Part shown: positions 1 through 9,483 of the stretch, in pieces | Position numbering within the stretch: position 1 is the first letter of the stretch | How the letters are laid out: each line of letters begins with the position of its first letter | From: Alphaproteobacteria bacterium | Lineage (GTDB): Bacteria > Pseudomonadota > Alphaproteobacteria > Oceanibaculales > Oceanibaculaceae | Reading direction: 5' to 3' | Assembly (NCBI GenBank): GCA_018823745.1 | Contig: JAHJHR010000011.1 | Span: 43,802-107,801 of the forward strand | DNA: 64,000 bases | Made by a program: the position numbers and the translations under genes | Notes under the pieces: generated by a model | Database searches by the model: none | What the model saw: the letters and a program-made list of their open reading frames with translations, nothing else | Told to the model about the DNA's origin: nothing

Positions 1-1
1 G

Positions 2-382
2 GCCATCGATGTGATGGAGATGGCCGAGCATATCGACCATATCGTTCTGTTCTCCGGCGATGGCGATTTCCGCCGGCTGGTCGAGGCCGTGCAGCGCAAG
101 GGCGTGCGCGTCTCGGTGGTCAGCACCGTGCGCTCAAACCCGCCGATGGTCGCCGACGAACTGCGCCGCCAGGCTGACAGCTTCATCGAATTGCAGGAAA
201 TCGAATCCGAGATCGCCCGGCGCCACAGCGGCCCGCGCCGCGAGGAACGCCCGGATGATCGCGGCCCCGACCGCGCCGCCCGCTTCAACCCCGACGATAT
301 CCAGGATGATTTCGTCGATGATGATGAGGATGAGGGCGAGGCCGAAGTGCTCTACCCGACCCGGCCGCCGATCCGTCGCTGA
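2..382 (+). CDS. NYN/LabA-like (DUF88) domain protein, C-terminal part; 5' end lies outside the window
   Basis: The frame is open from the window edge. HIVLFSGDGDFRRLVEAVQRKGVRVSVVS resembles the LabA/NYN core. The tail is acidic and D/E-rich. Confidence 0.7.
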   Translation, partial: AIDVMEMAEHIDHIVLFSGDGDFRRLVEAVQRKGVRVSVVSTVRSNPPMVADELRRQADSFIELQEIESEIARRHSGPRREERPDDRGPDRAARFNPDDIQDDFVDDDEDEGEAEVLYPTRPPIRR

Positions 383-390
383 GCCGGCTC

Positions 391-1038
391 GTGCTGATCC
401 TGCCCCCGGCCGATTGCACGCTCTGCCCCCGGCTGGCTGATTTCCGTGCCGCCAACCAGGCAGCCTTCCCCGACTTCTTCAACGCACCGGTGCCGCCTTT
501 CGGCGATTCACCGGTGCGGCTGATGATTGTCGGGCTGGCGCCAGGGTTGAAGGGGGCGAACCGCACCGGCCGGCCCTTCACCGGGGATTATGCCGGCGAT
601 CTGCTCTATCCGACGCTGATCAAATTCGGCTGGGCCGAGGGCAGCTATGGCCGTTCCCCCGATGACGGGCTGCGCCTGACCGGCTGCCGGATCACCAATG
701 CGGTGAAATGCGTGCCGCCGCAGAACAAGCCTACCCCGGCGGAGATCAACACCTGCCGGCATTTCATCATCTCGGAGATCGAGGCCGAGTCGCGGCTGAC
801 CGTGATCCTGGCGCTTGGCTCCATCGCACATAACACGGTGCTGTCCACGCTGAAGCTGCGCAAGGCGAGCTACCCCTTCGCCCATAATGCGATGCATGTC
901 CTGCCCAGCAGCGTCATGGGCGGTGGCGTCACCCTGGCCGACAGCTATCACTGCTCGCGCTACAACACCAATACCGGCCGCCTGACGACGGAGATGTTCG
1001 AGGATGTCTTCCGCTCCATTGCCGAGCGGATGGGCTGA
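391..1038 (+). CDS. uracil-DNA glycosylase superfamily protein (Fe-S family 4/5-like)
   Basis: GTG start. N-terminal CxxC, a GLAPGLKGANRTGRPFTGD motif and a C-terminal HCSRYN motif. Confidence 0.8.
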   Translation: MLILPPADCTLCPRLADFRAANQAAFPDFFNAPVPPFGDSPVRLMIVGLAPGLKGANRTGRPFTGDYAGDLLYPTLIKFGWAEGSYGRSPDDGLRLTGCRITNAVKCVPPQNKPTPAEINTCRHFIISEIEAESRLTVILALGSIAHNTVLSTLKLRKASYPFAHNAMHVLPSSVMGGGVTLADSYHCSRYNTNTGRLTTEMFEDVFRSIAERMG

Positions 1039-1044
1039 GGGGCC

Positions 1045-1521
1045 CTAGCCCTTGTCGCGCAGGATGCGGGCCTGGTCGCGCTGCCAGTCGCGCTTCTTGG
1101 CGGTTTCCCGCTTGTCGGCCAGCTTCTTACCCTTGGCGAGGCCGAGTTGCAGCTTGGCGAAGCCGCGCTCGTTGAAATAGACCTGCAGCGGAACCAGCGT
1201 CACGCCCTCGCGCTTGATCTGCGAGACCAGCTTGTTCAGTTCACGGCCATGCACCAGCAGCTTGCGCTGCCGGCGTGGTTCGTGATTCAGCTGGTTCGAG
1301 GCCTGCCCGTATTCCGGGATATAGGCATTATACAGGAACAGCTCGTTCTGCTTCGGGCCGGCATAGGATTCGCCAATGCTGGCGCGCCCGGCACGCAGGG
1401 CTTTCACCTCCGTGCCGTGCAGCATGATGCCGACTTCCAGCGTGTCCTCGATAAAGTAATCGTGCCGCGCCCGGCGATTGTCAGCGACAATCCGGTACCG
1501 TTCAGCCTTTTCGGCCATCAT
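1045..1521 (-). CDS. smpB: SsrA-binding protein SmpB
   Basis: 158 aa. [17 protein letters not shown]...GTEVKALR...[11 protein letters not shown] is typical of SmpB. Confidence 0.95.
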   Translation of the reverse strand: MMAEKAERYRIVADNRRARHDYFIEDTLEVGIMLHGTEVKALRAGRASIGESYAGPKQNELFLYNAYIPEYGQASNQLNHEPRRQRKLLVHGRELNKLVSQIKREGVTLVPLQVYFNERGFAKLQLGLAKGKKLADKRETAKKRDWQRDQARILRDKG

Positions 1522-1541
1522 CTACTCCCGCCGGTATGACC

Positions 1542-2429
1542 TCAGTTGAGGAGGCCGGCCGCCCGCATCGCCTGTTCGACCCGCGCCTTGCTGGCCGCAT
1601 CGATCTCGACCAGCGGCAACCGGGTTTCGGCATTGGCCAGGCCCAGCAGCGACGCCGCATATTTCACCGGCCCCGGGCTGCTTTCGCAGAACATCGCGTC
1701 ATGCAACGGCATCAACCGATCATTCAGCGCTGTCACCGTCGCCATATCGCCCTTTGCCCAGGCGGCATGCATCTCAGACACCAGGCGCGGCGCGATATTC
1801 GAACTCACCGAGATGACCCCATGGCCACCCTGGCCGAGATAGGCGATCTGCGTGCCATCCTCGCCCGAGAGTTGGGAAAAGCCGGCACCGATTGCAAGGC
1901 GGGTATTCACCGGGCGTGTCAGATCGTTGGTCGCATCCTTCACGCCAACAATGCGCGGCAGCTTGGCCAGCGCCGCCATCGTCTCCACCTTCATGTCCAC
2001 GACCGACCGGCCGGGAATGTTGTAGATGATGATCGGAATGTCGGTCGCGTCATGGATCGCCTTGTAATGGGCGATCATGCCGGCCTGAGTCGGCCTGTTG
2101 TAATAGGGCGTGACGACCAGCGCCGCATCGGCCCCGGCCTTCTGGGCGTGCTGGGTCAGGCTGATCGCCTCGGCAGTCGAGTTGGAGCCAGTACCGGCGA
2201 TGACCGGCACCCGGCCGGCCGCCGCCTCGACGCACAGCTTCGTCACCCGGTTGTGCTCTTCATGGCTCAGGGTCGGCGATTCGCCGGTGGTGCCACAGGG
2301 CACGACGCCGTTGATGCCTTCCTTGATCTGCCATTCCACGAAAGCCTGGAATTTTTTCTCGTCGACCGCCCCGTTGCTGAACGGTGTGATCAAGGCGGTG
2401 ATGGCACCGCGGAACTGCGGCTCGGCCAT
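1542..2429 (-). CDS. dapA: 4-hydroxy-tetrahydrodipicolinate synthase
   Basis: Track ORF 1542..2660 was trimmed to the internal ATG (complement of 2427-2429), giving 295 aa. FRGAITALITPF...VVPCGTTGESPTLSHEEH is the DapA signature. Confidence 0.9.
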   Translation of the reverse strand: MAEPQFRGAITALITPFSNGAVDEKKFQAFVEWQIKEGINGVVPCGTTGESPTLSHEEHNRVTKLCVEAAAGRVPVIAGTGSNSTAEAISLTQHAQKAGADAALVVTPYYNRPTQAGMIAHYKAIHDATDIPIIIYNIPGRSVVDMKVETMAALAKLPRIVGVKDATNDLTRPVNTRLAIGAGFSQLSGEDGTQIAYLGQGGHGVISVSSNIAPRLVSEMHAAWAKGDMATVTALNDRLMPLHDAMFCESSPGPVKYAASLLGLANAETRLPLVEIDAASKARVEQAMRAAGLLN

Positions 2430-2780
2430 GACGAGATCTCCCTGGCTATTCTGTTGGACGAAAGCGCGGTTCTTCGCGCCCCGGCCCTTCCGCCAGTCGC
2501 GGAAGGACGAAGACAATAGCGGCGCTTCCCTGCCCTCGCAAGCCTGGCTTGGCGCGGCGGGCCGGCGTGGTGTGCCGCACAGCCCATAATCCCCGGTAGG
2601 GCCGTCGATAGGCGCAGGTTCTGCGCCGAAGAGTAAGTATCCCCACCTTGTTGAAACCACCCGGAATCAGTAGGATGCAGGGAATAGTGAGCGTGCCGAT
2701 CAGCCGGACAGGGTCTCCGGTCTGACAGTGAAAAACCGGCCGCTCCAAACCCTCTGTCGTAACGATGAAAAGGGGCTCGC

Positions 2781-4874
2781 GTGCGTCGTCCTTTCCTGAC
2801 AACACTCGCCATTGCCATTACCTGTCTTGTCCTGCCGCTTCTGGCCAGCCCCGCTATGGCGGCGCCGGGCGATCTGGACAAGACACGGGCAGCCCTCTAT
2901 GCGCAGGCCATCCAGATGGCCGAATCCGGACGCTGGGTCGAGGCCCGCCGGCTGGCCGCCACCGGCGGCGATCCCGTCTTCGACAAATTGCTGAAGTGGA
3001 TGGATTACCGGCGCGACGACACCGATGCCAGTTTCACCGAGATCACGGGCTTCCTGCGCGCCAACCCGACCTGGCCGTACCGCAACACCCTGCGCATCCG
3101 CGCCGAGCGCAGCCTGCCCGACACGATGGGCGCCACGGCGCTGGCCAATTGGTTCCAGGAATTCCCGCCGATCACCCAGGATGCCAAGCTGCGCCAGATG
3201 GCCAGCCTGAAATCCGCCGGCCGCACCGAGGAACTGACCCGGCAGGTGCGGGCCACATGGCGCCGCACCGTGCTGTCGCGCGCGTCCGAGCAGAGCTTCA
3301 TCGCCGATTACGGCCCCCTTCTGACCCGCGAGGACGATGCCGCCCGGCTCGACTGGCTGCTCTGGGAAGGCCATGCCGACAGCGCGTCGCGCATGCTGGG
3401 CCGGGTGCCGGCCGATCTGCGTGCCCTCGCCAATGCCCGCATGAAGCTGCGCAATCTGGATGCCGGCGTCGATGCGGCGGTCAATGCCGTGCCGGCGAAA
3501 TACGCCAAGGACAGCGGCCTGCTGTATGAGCGCATCCGCTGGCGCCGGATGAAAGGCCGGGTGGATGAGGCACGGGCAATGCTCGTGCAGGCCCCGGCCG
3601 ATCCCGAGAATGCCAGCTATTGGTGGCGCGAGCGGCAGTATCATTTCCGCCAGGCACTCTCCGAGGGGCATATCAGCAACGCCTATACGCTGGCCCGGAT
3701 GCATGGCGCCAAAAGCGGCATTGTCTTTGCCGATGGCGAGTTTCTGGCCGGCTGGACCGCCCTGCGCTTCCTGCAGGACAAGAAGGACGCGCTGACCCAT
3801 TTCACGCGCATGTATGAGGGCGTGTCGACGCCGATCAGCCAGGGCCGGGCTGCCTATTGGGCCGGCCGTGCCGCCGAGGCGCTGAACCGCCCGCAGGAAG
3901 CTGCCGGCTGGTACAACAAGGCCGGCGAGCATGTCACCACCTTCTACGGTCAGTTGTCCGCTGCCCGGCTGCAGGGTGGCCTGCCGGCCTTGCCGGTTGA
4001 TCCCAAGCCAACCGCCGCCGAACGCCAGGCCTTCGCCAAGAAGGAACTGGTCGTGCTGGTGAAACGGCTGAGCCAGATCCAGCGCAGCGATTTGATGCAG
4101 CCCTTCCTCGAAGCGCTGATGCGCAGCACCGATTCGAATGGCGAGCGCCAATTGGTGGCGGAACTGGCCAACACTTTGGCGACGCTGGATTCCAGCGTCC
4201 GCCTGGCCCGCCAATCCGCCCTGGACGGGGTGCATCTGATCAATGCCGGCTATCCGATTGTCGGCAAGAGCCATCCGGGCGATCCCGAACTGCCGCTGGT
4301 GCTGTCGCTGATCCGCCAGGAGAGCAATTTCGACCAGAACGCCATCAGCCGCGCCGGCGCGCGCGGGCTGATGCAGCTGATGCCGGCCACCGCGAAGAGC
4401 GTCGCTGCACAGATCGGCCAGCCCTACCATCTGTCAAAGCTGACCGAGCAGCCGGACTTCAACATCCGACTGGGCAGCACCTATATGTCCGGCCTGCTGG
4501 ATGATTTTCAGGGTTTCTACCCGGCGGCCATCGCCGGTTACAATGCCGGCCCCGGCCGCGCCCGGCGCTGGTTGGCGGAGATCGGCGACCCGCGCCGCGG
4601 CGAGATCGACGTGATCGACTGGATCGAGTTGATCCCCTTTTCCGAGACCCGCAACTACGTGCAGCGCGTGCTGGAGAATCTCTACATCTACCGCAGCCGG
4701 ATGCAGGCCCACCCGACCAACATCCGCAGCGACCAGGCCATGCATGTCTGGTGCGTCATCGCCTGCGGCGTGCGCATCGACACGCTGCAGCGCGATTCGC
4801 AGCTCCTGCCGCGTATACCGCGCGCCGTCCTGGCAGAGGGCGAGCAGGAGGTAACACCGGCGGCAACGGATTAG
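2781..4874 (+). CDS. slt: soluble lytic murein transglycosylase (Slt70-like)
   Basis: GTG start and a signal peptide ending ASPAMAAP. C-terminal SLT catalytic motif LIRQESNFDQNAISRAGARGLMQLMP. Confidence 0.85.
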   Translation: MRRPFLTTLAIAITCLVLPLLASPAMAAPGDLDKTRAALYAQAIQMAESGRWVEARRLAATGGDPVFDKLLKWMDYRRDDTDASFTEITGFLRANPTWPYRNTLRIRAERSLPDTMGATALANWFQEFPPITQDAKLRQMASLKSAGRTEELTRQVRATWRRTVLSRASEQSFIADYGPLLTREDDAARLDWLLWEGHADSASRMLGRVPADLRALANARMKLRNLDAGVDAAVNAVPAKYAKDSGLLYERIRWRRMKGRVDEARAMLVQAPADPENASYWWRERQYHFRQALSEGHISNAYTLARMHGAKSGIVFADGEFLAGWTALRFLQDKKDALTHFTRMYEGVSTPISQGRAAYWAGRAAEALNRPQEAAGWYNKAGEHVTTFYGQLSAARLQGGLPALPVDPKPTAAERQAFAKKELVVLVKRLSQIQRSDLMQPFLEALMRSTDSNGERQLVAELANTLATLDSSVRLARQSALDGVHLINAGYPIVGKSHPGDPELPLVLSLIRQESNFDQNAISRAGARGLMQLMPATAKSVAAQIGQPYHLSKLTEQPDFNIRLGSTYMSGLLDDFQGFYPAAIAGYNAGPGRARRWLAEIGDPRRGEIDVIDWIELIPFSETRNYVQRVLENLYIYRSRMQAHPTNIRSDQAMHVWCVIACGVRIDTLQRDSQLLPRIPRAVLAEGEQEVTPAATD

Positions 4875-4978
4875 GTGATCCGCCTGATCGGTGCCCTGCT
4901 CTTCGGTGTGCGGACGCAGCGGGAATAACCGCCCGATTTTCGGCGGCACCGGAAAGCCGGCGGTGCTAGCTTCCTTCC

Positions 4979-6097
4979 ATGCTGCTCGAACGCCCCTCCG
5001 ACGACACGCTCTATGCCGCGCTGCTCGCCCGCGACGCCGCCTATGACGGCCACGTCTATGTCGCGGTCAGAACCACCGGCATCTTCTGCCGGCTGACCTG
5101 CCCGGCCCGCAAGCCGAAGCGCGCGCATGTCACCTTCTTCGAGACCGCCGCCGAATGTCTGGAGGCCGGCTTCCGTCCCTGTCTGCGCTGCCGGCCGCTT
5201 TCGACCGGGCGGGAACCGGAACCGGCGGTCAGCGCCCTGATCGATCTGCTGGAACAGGAACCCGAGCGGCGCTGGGGCGAGCGCGATCTGATCGAGCGCG
5301 GCTATGACCCATCGACGGTGCGCCGGCAGTTCAAGCGCCGCTTCGGCATCAGCTTTCTGGAGCTGGCGCGGCTGCGCCGGCTGGGCCAGGCTGCGGAAAC
5401 GCTGACCGCCGGCACCAGCGTTATCGATGCGCAGCTGGATGCCGGCTATGAATCAGGCAGCGGCTTCCGCGCCGCCATCACCCGCCTGTTCGGCGCCGCG
5501 CCGAAACATCTGCGGATGCGCGAGATGCTGAAGGCGGACTGGATCGACACCCCCATCGGTCCGATGCTGGCCATCGCGGACAGACTGGCGCTGCATCTGC
5601 TGGAATTCGCCGACCGTCCGGCACTGCCCGCTGAAATCCGCAGGGTTCAGGAAAATACCCGCTCCGCCATCGCGATCGGCCGTTGCGCGCCCATTGACCA
5701 GATCACGGCCGAGCTTGCCGATTATTTCGCTGGCCGGACGGCCCGTTTCGACACCCGGCTGGCGCTGCACGGCACACCCTTCCAGCGGTCGGTGTGGGAA
5801 AGGCTGCGCGCCATGGCCCCCGGTGAAACGCTGAGCTATGGCGCGCTCGCCTGCGACCTCGGCCGGCCCGCGGCGATCCGTGCCGTCGCCCAGGCGAACG
5901 GCGCCAACCAGATCGCCATCGTCATTCCCTGCCACCGCATTATCGGTGCGGATGGCAGCCTTACCGGCTATGGCGGCGGCCTGTCGCGCAAGCGCTGGCT
6001 GCTGCGTCACGAAACCCGCATGAACAGCCGCGCATCCGAAGGAGACACATCGCATGAACCAGATCGAGAAAGCCCGGAGCTTTGCCAGCCTGCATGA
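4979..6097 (+). CDS. ada: bifunctional Ada-type regulator / methylated-DNA-protein-cysteine methyltransferase
   Basis: N-terminal Cys-rich Ada zinc region (FCRLTCPARKPK...FRPCLRCRP), an AraC-type HTH middle, and the C-terminal MGMT motif IPCHRIIG. Confidence 0.85.
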   Translation: MLLERPSDDTLYAALLARDAAYDGHVYVAVRTTGIFCRLTCPARKPKRAHVTFFETAAECLEAGFRPCLRCRPLSTGREPEPAVSALIDLLEQEPERRWGERDLIERGYDPSTVRRQFKRRFGISFLELARLRRLGQAAETLTAGTSVIDAQLDAGYESGSGFRAAITRLFGAAPKHLRMREMLKADWIDTPIGPMLAIADRLALHLLEFADRPALPAEIRRVQENTRSAIAIGRCAPIDQITAELADYFAGRTARFDTRLALHGTPFQRSVWERLRAMAPGETLSYGALACDLGRPAAIRAVAQANGANQIAIVIPCHRIIGADGSLTGYGGGLSRKRWLLRHETRMNSRASEGDTSHEPDRESPELCQPA

Positions 6098-6830
6098 GAA
6101 GGGCGCGCCGCTGATCCTCTACAATATCTGGGATGCCGGCACCGCGAAGGCCGCCGAGGAGGCCGGTGCGAAAGCCGTCGCCACCGGCAGCTGGTCGGTC
6201 GCTGCGGCGCACGGCTTTGGCGATGGCGAGAAAATACCGCTCGACCTGCTGCTGACCATCGTGCAGCGGATCGTCGGCAATGTCGCGGTGCCGATGTCCG
6301 TCGATTTCGAAGGCGCCTACGGCACAACGCCGGAACAGGTGGCGGCTTCGACGCGGCGCCTCATCGGAACCGGCGCCATCGGCATGAATGTCGAGGACCG
6401 CATCGTGGGCGGCGACGGGCTGTACGACATCGCCGCGCAATCCGCCCGCCTCTCCGCCATGCGCCAGGCGGCGGAGCAGGCCGGGATACCGCTGTTCATC
6501 AATGCCCGCACCGATTTGTTCCTGCGCGAGAACGACCGCACCCGCCATCCGGCCCTGCTGCCGGCGGCACTGGAACGCGCGCAAGCCTATGCGGCGGCCG
6601 GGGCCAGCGGCTTCTTCGCCCCCGGTCTTGTCGATGCGACGAGCATCGGCACGCTGTGCCGCGAGACGGCGTTACCGGTGAATGTGATGCTGCTGGATGG
6701 CGCACCGCCGGTAGGCGCGCTCGCGGATCTCGGCGTCGCCCGCGTCAGCCACGGTCCCGGTCCCTACCGCACGGCGATGCGGCAGTTCCGCGACCTGGCC
6801 GAAGCGGCGCTGGCCGTACGCATTGCCTAA
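6054..6830 (+). CDS. isocitrate lyase / PEP mutase family protein
   Basis: FASLHEKGAPLILYNIWDAGTAKAAEEAGAKAVATGS is typical of the ICL/PEPM fold N-terminus. It overlaps the ada 3' end by 44 nt. Confidence 0.75.
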   Translation: MNQIEKARSFASLHEKGAPLILYNIWDAGTAKAAEEAGAKAVATGSWSVAAAHGFGDGEKIPLDLLLTIVQRIVGNVAVPMSVDFEGAYGTTPEQVAASTRRLIGTGAIGMNVEDRIVGGDGLYDIAAQSARLSAMRQAAEQAGIPLFINARTDLFLRENDRTRHPALLPAALERAQAYAAAGASGFFAPGLVDATSIGTLCRETALPVNVMLLDGAPPVGALADLGVARVSHGPGPYRTAMRQFRDLAEAALAVRIA

Positions 6831-6892
6831 GTCATTTGCTCCAGAAAAGGGTAAATTCTTCACTCCATCCACAGCGCTTCCAGGGAGCCGTT

Positions 6893-7297
6893 TTGCTAAA
6901 ATCCGTAATTTATTTTGTCGCAATGGTTTTTGCTTCATCTGCTCAAGCTAGCAGCTGCGCTGATGCCCTCACGCAGGCCGACATGAACGCCTGCGCGGCG
7001 GCCGCCTATGAGACGGCGGACAAGGAACTGAACGTCTTCTATTTCCAGATCCAGCAGCGCCTCGCCGGCGATACGGAGGCGCTGATCCGGCTGCGTGATG
7101 CGCAGCGGGCCTGGATCGGGTTCCGCGATGCCGAATGTGCCTTCGAGAGCAGCGGGGTTGCCGGCGGCAGTGTCTATCCGATGATCCTGTCCTCCTGCCG
7201 CGCCCGGCTGACCGACAGCCGCGTCGAGGATTTCAGGTATTATCTGGACTGCGAGGAAGGCGATCTGAGCTGCCCCCTGCCGCCCGCGATGAAGTGA
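6893..7297 (+). CDS. lysozyme inhibitor LprI-like (DUF1311) secreted protein
   Basis: The track ORF was trimmed. A TTG at 6893 (or ATG at 6923) gives a signal peptide ...VFASSAQA. TQADMNACAAAAYETADKELN...RDAQRAWIGFRDAEC is the DUF1311 pattern. Confidence 0.6.
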   Translation: MLKSVIYFVAMVFASSAQASSCADALTQADMNACAAAAYETADKELNVFYFQIQQRLAGDTEALIRLRDAQRAWIGFRDAECAFESSGVAGGSVYPMILSSCRARLTDSRVEDFRYYLDCEEGDLSCPLPPAMK

Positions 7298-7387
7298 GTC
7301 GCATCATCCATTCCCATTGCTGAAAACCGGGCGGAGGAGCAAGGTGGCACCGCTCCATCGGAGCGTTATTTCAGCAGGAGATTGTCT

Positions 7388-7762
7388 ATGGGAACACGCG
7401 TATGGCTCGGCTCGCTCGCCCTGGTGGCCGGGCTGCTTCTCTCTTCCGGCGCCTGGGCGCAGGGCAAGCAGGATTTCACGCTGGTCAACCAGACCGGCTA
7501 TGACATCAGCCATGTCTATGTCTCGCCCAGCAATGCAAACGAGTGGGGCGAAGATATTCTTGGCAAGGACCTGCTAGAGAACAAGGCCGAGGTCGAGATC
7601 GAATTCGACCGCGGCGACAAGACCTGCAAATGGGATTTGTCCGTCACCTATGCCGACGATGATTCCGAGGCGACGTGGAAGAACATCGATCTCTGCACGG
7701 TCTCCGTCATCACGATCCGCTACAACCGCGCCACCGACAAATCCTCGGCGACGTTCCGGTAA
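7388..7762 (+). CDS. small secreted hypothetical protein (two Cys)
   Basis: ATG at 7388. Signal peptide LLLSSGAWAQG. High GC3 in frame. A clean terminator follows. Confidence 0.6.
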   Translation: MGTRVWLGSLALVAGLLLSSGAWAQGKQDFTLVNQTGYDISHVYVSPSNANEWGEDILGKDLLENKAEVEIEFDRGDKTCKWDLSVTYADDDSEATWKNIDLCTVSVITIRYNRATDKSSATFR

Positions 7763-7781
7763 GCCTTTTTATGCCAGGAAG

Positions 7782-7810
7782 GCCGGAGCATCCTCTGCTC
7801 CGGCTTTTTT
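7782..7810 (+). terminator. rho-independent terminator
   Basis: GCCGGAGCA-TCCTC-TGCTCCGGC followed by TTTTTT. Confidence 0.85.
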
Positions 7811-7904
7811 CATGTCCACCGCTTGACCCTCCGGCGCTTTCGGCGCATCACGGCGGAAGTAACAACCGGCCTGCCTGAAGGCGGCTTTCCCGGAGGCTCT
7901 TTCG

Positions 7905-8909
7905 ATGACATCCCTTATGAACACCACCCCGCCCCGCTTCGAGGATATCGTGGCTGCCGCCGGGCGGCTGGAAGGGTATGCCGTGCGCACGCCGCTGCTG
8001 GAAGCGCCGCTGCTGAACGCCAAGCTGGGCGGCCGGCTGCTGGTGAAGCCGGAAATGCTGCAGAAGACCGGCAGCTTCAAGTTTCGCGGCGCGTTCAACC
8101 GCCTGTCGCTGATCCCGGAGGGCCAGCGCGCCGCCGGCGTGGTCGCCTATTCCTCGGGCAATCACGCCCAGGGCGTGGCCTGCGCGGCCGCCATGCTGGG
8201 GCTGAAGGCAACGATCATCATGCCGGCCGATGCACCCGCCATCAAGATCGCCAATACCCGCGCCTATGGCGCCGAGGTCATCACCTATGACCGGTTCGGC
8301 GAGAGCCGCGAGGAAATCGGCGCACGCATCGCGACCGAGCGTGGGGCGACCATCGTGCGGCCCTATGACGATGCCGGGGTGATTGCCGGCCAGGGCACCA
8401 TCGGGCTGGAGATCGCCGCACAGGCCGCCGAGCTGGGCGCGACACTGGATGCCGTGCTGGTGTGCTGCGGTGGTGGTGGCCTCGTCTCCGGCACGGCGCT
8501 GGCGCTGTCGCAGCGGGCACCGGGCGTGCCGGTCTATGCGGTGGAGCCGGCCGGTTTCGACGATACGGCACGGTCGCTGGAATCCGGCAGCCGGATCGCC
8601 AATGACATGTCCAACCGCTCAATCTGCGACGCGCTGCTGGCGGAGAAGCCGGGCGAGATCACCTTCGCGCTGAACAGCGTGTTGCTGAAGGGCGGGCTGG
8701 TCGTCAGCGATGCGGAGGCACAGATCGGCATGGCCACCGCCTTTCGCTATCTGAAGCTGGTGGCCGAGCCCGGCGGCGCCGTGGCGCTGGCCGCCGCCAT
8801 TACCGGCAAGATCGACCTGACGGGCAAGACCGTGGCCGTGGTCTGTTCCGGCGGCAATGTCGACCAGGCTACCTTCGAGGCAGCCCTGAAAGCGGCTGGC
8901 GAGGTCTAA
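7905..8909 (+). CDS. PLP-dependent threonine/serine ammonia-lyase family protein
   Basis: LLVKPEMLQKTGSFKFRGAFN contains the PLP-lysine motif, and SSGNHAQG is present. 334 aa. Confidence 0.8.
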   Translation: MTSLMNTTPPRFEDIVAAAGRLEGYAVRTPLLEAPLLNAKLGGRLLVKPEMLQKTGSFKFRGAFNRLSLIPEGQRAAGVVAYSSGNHAQGVACAAAMLGLKATIIMPADAPAIKIANTRAYGAEVITYDRFGESREEIGARIATERGATIVRPYDDAGVIAGQGTIGLEIAAQAAELGATLDAVLVCCGGGGLVSGTALALSQRAPGVPVYAVEPAGFDDTARSLESGSRIANDMSNRSICDALLAEKPGEITFALNSVLLKGGLVVSDAEAQIGMATAFRYLKLVAEPGGAVALAAAITGKIDLTGKTVAVVCSGGNVDQATFEAALKAAGEV

Positions 8910-8924
8910 ACAGCCCATCCCAAC

Positions 8925-8954
8925 AAAAAAGCCGGGCAGAGTGCCCGGCTTTTT
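8925..8954. terminator. bidirectional rho-independent terminator
   Basis: AAAAAA-GCCGGGCA-GAG-TGCCCGGC-TTTTT, lying between convergent genes. Confidence 0.85.
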
Positions 8955-8976
8955 CATGTCTGGTCAGAATATCGGA

Positions 8977-9483
8977 TCAGGCCCGGCCGGCAACCGCCGT
9001 GTTATCCGTGCCATTCGCGGCAGGAAGCGGTGCTGTGGAAGTAACCGTGCCGCCCAGCCCGTTCTTCACCGGCAGGGCGCCATTAGGGTTTGGCTGATGC
9101 TCCAGCTTGCGCTGGGTCTCCGGCGCGAGGCGGCGGGTATTGCCCTCGAAATAGGCCCCGGTCTCGATCGACAGGGTTTCCTGCAGCACGTCGGCAATGA
9201 CCCGGGCGGTACGCATCAGCGTGACGCTCTTGGCCTTGATCTGTCCGGTAACGCTGCCCGCGATGGTGACCGTTTCGGCATCAATCGCCCCACGCACCGT
9301 CGCGCTGTCGCTGACGGTGAGCGATTCGCTCTTGATGTCGCCTTCGACGACACCATCGATCTGGATGTCGCCCTCGCTTTCAAGATTGCCGGTGATGCGC
9401 AGATTGGCACTGATGATCGACGGCATGACGGGCCGGTCAGACCCGCCCGACCTTTTCGCCGCCTTATTCGCCTTTGAGAACAT
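8977..9483 (-). CDS. bactofilin (polymer-forming cytoskeletal protein)
   Basis: N-terminal MFSK membrane-targeting-like motif. Repetitive beta-helix segments (ITGNLESEGDIQIDGVVEGDIKSESLTVSDSATVRG...). Confidence 0.85.
   Translation of the reverse strand: MFSKANKAAKRSGGSDRPVMPSIISANLRITGNLESEGDIQIDGVVEGDIKSESLTVSDSATVRGAIDAETVTIAGSVTGQIKAKSVTLMRTARVIADVLQETLSIETGAYFEGNTRRLAPETQRKLEHQPNPNGALPVKNGLGGTVTSTAPLPAANGTDNTAVAGRA

Noticed and set aside
1-2780. tmRNA (ssrA) or a tRNA near smpB, and a lysine riboswitch in the 350-bp dapA-slt divergent spacer (2430..2780).
   Set aside because: I found no T-arm-like GGTTCGA(A/T)TCC element, acceptor stem or CCA-type end, and no L-box-like features I could recognise. 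The spacer probably just holds two divergent promoters.
2700-4430. A 576-aa minus-strand ORF opposite slt. Similar long antisense ORFs occur at 9197..11017, 20431..21798, 30152..31711, 32628..33950, 37218..38357, 54077..56332, 56422..57570, 58220..59473 and 60842..61924.
   Set aside because: They have Arg/Ala/Gly/Pro-rich low-complexity translations and no recognisable motifs. Each lies exactly opposite a gene with clear family signatures. These are typical stop-codon-poor antisense frames in GC-rich DNA.
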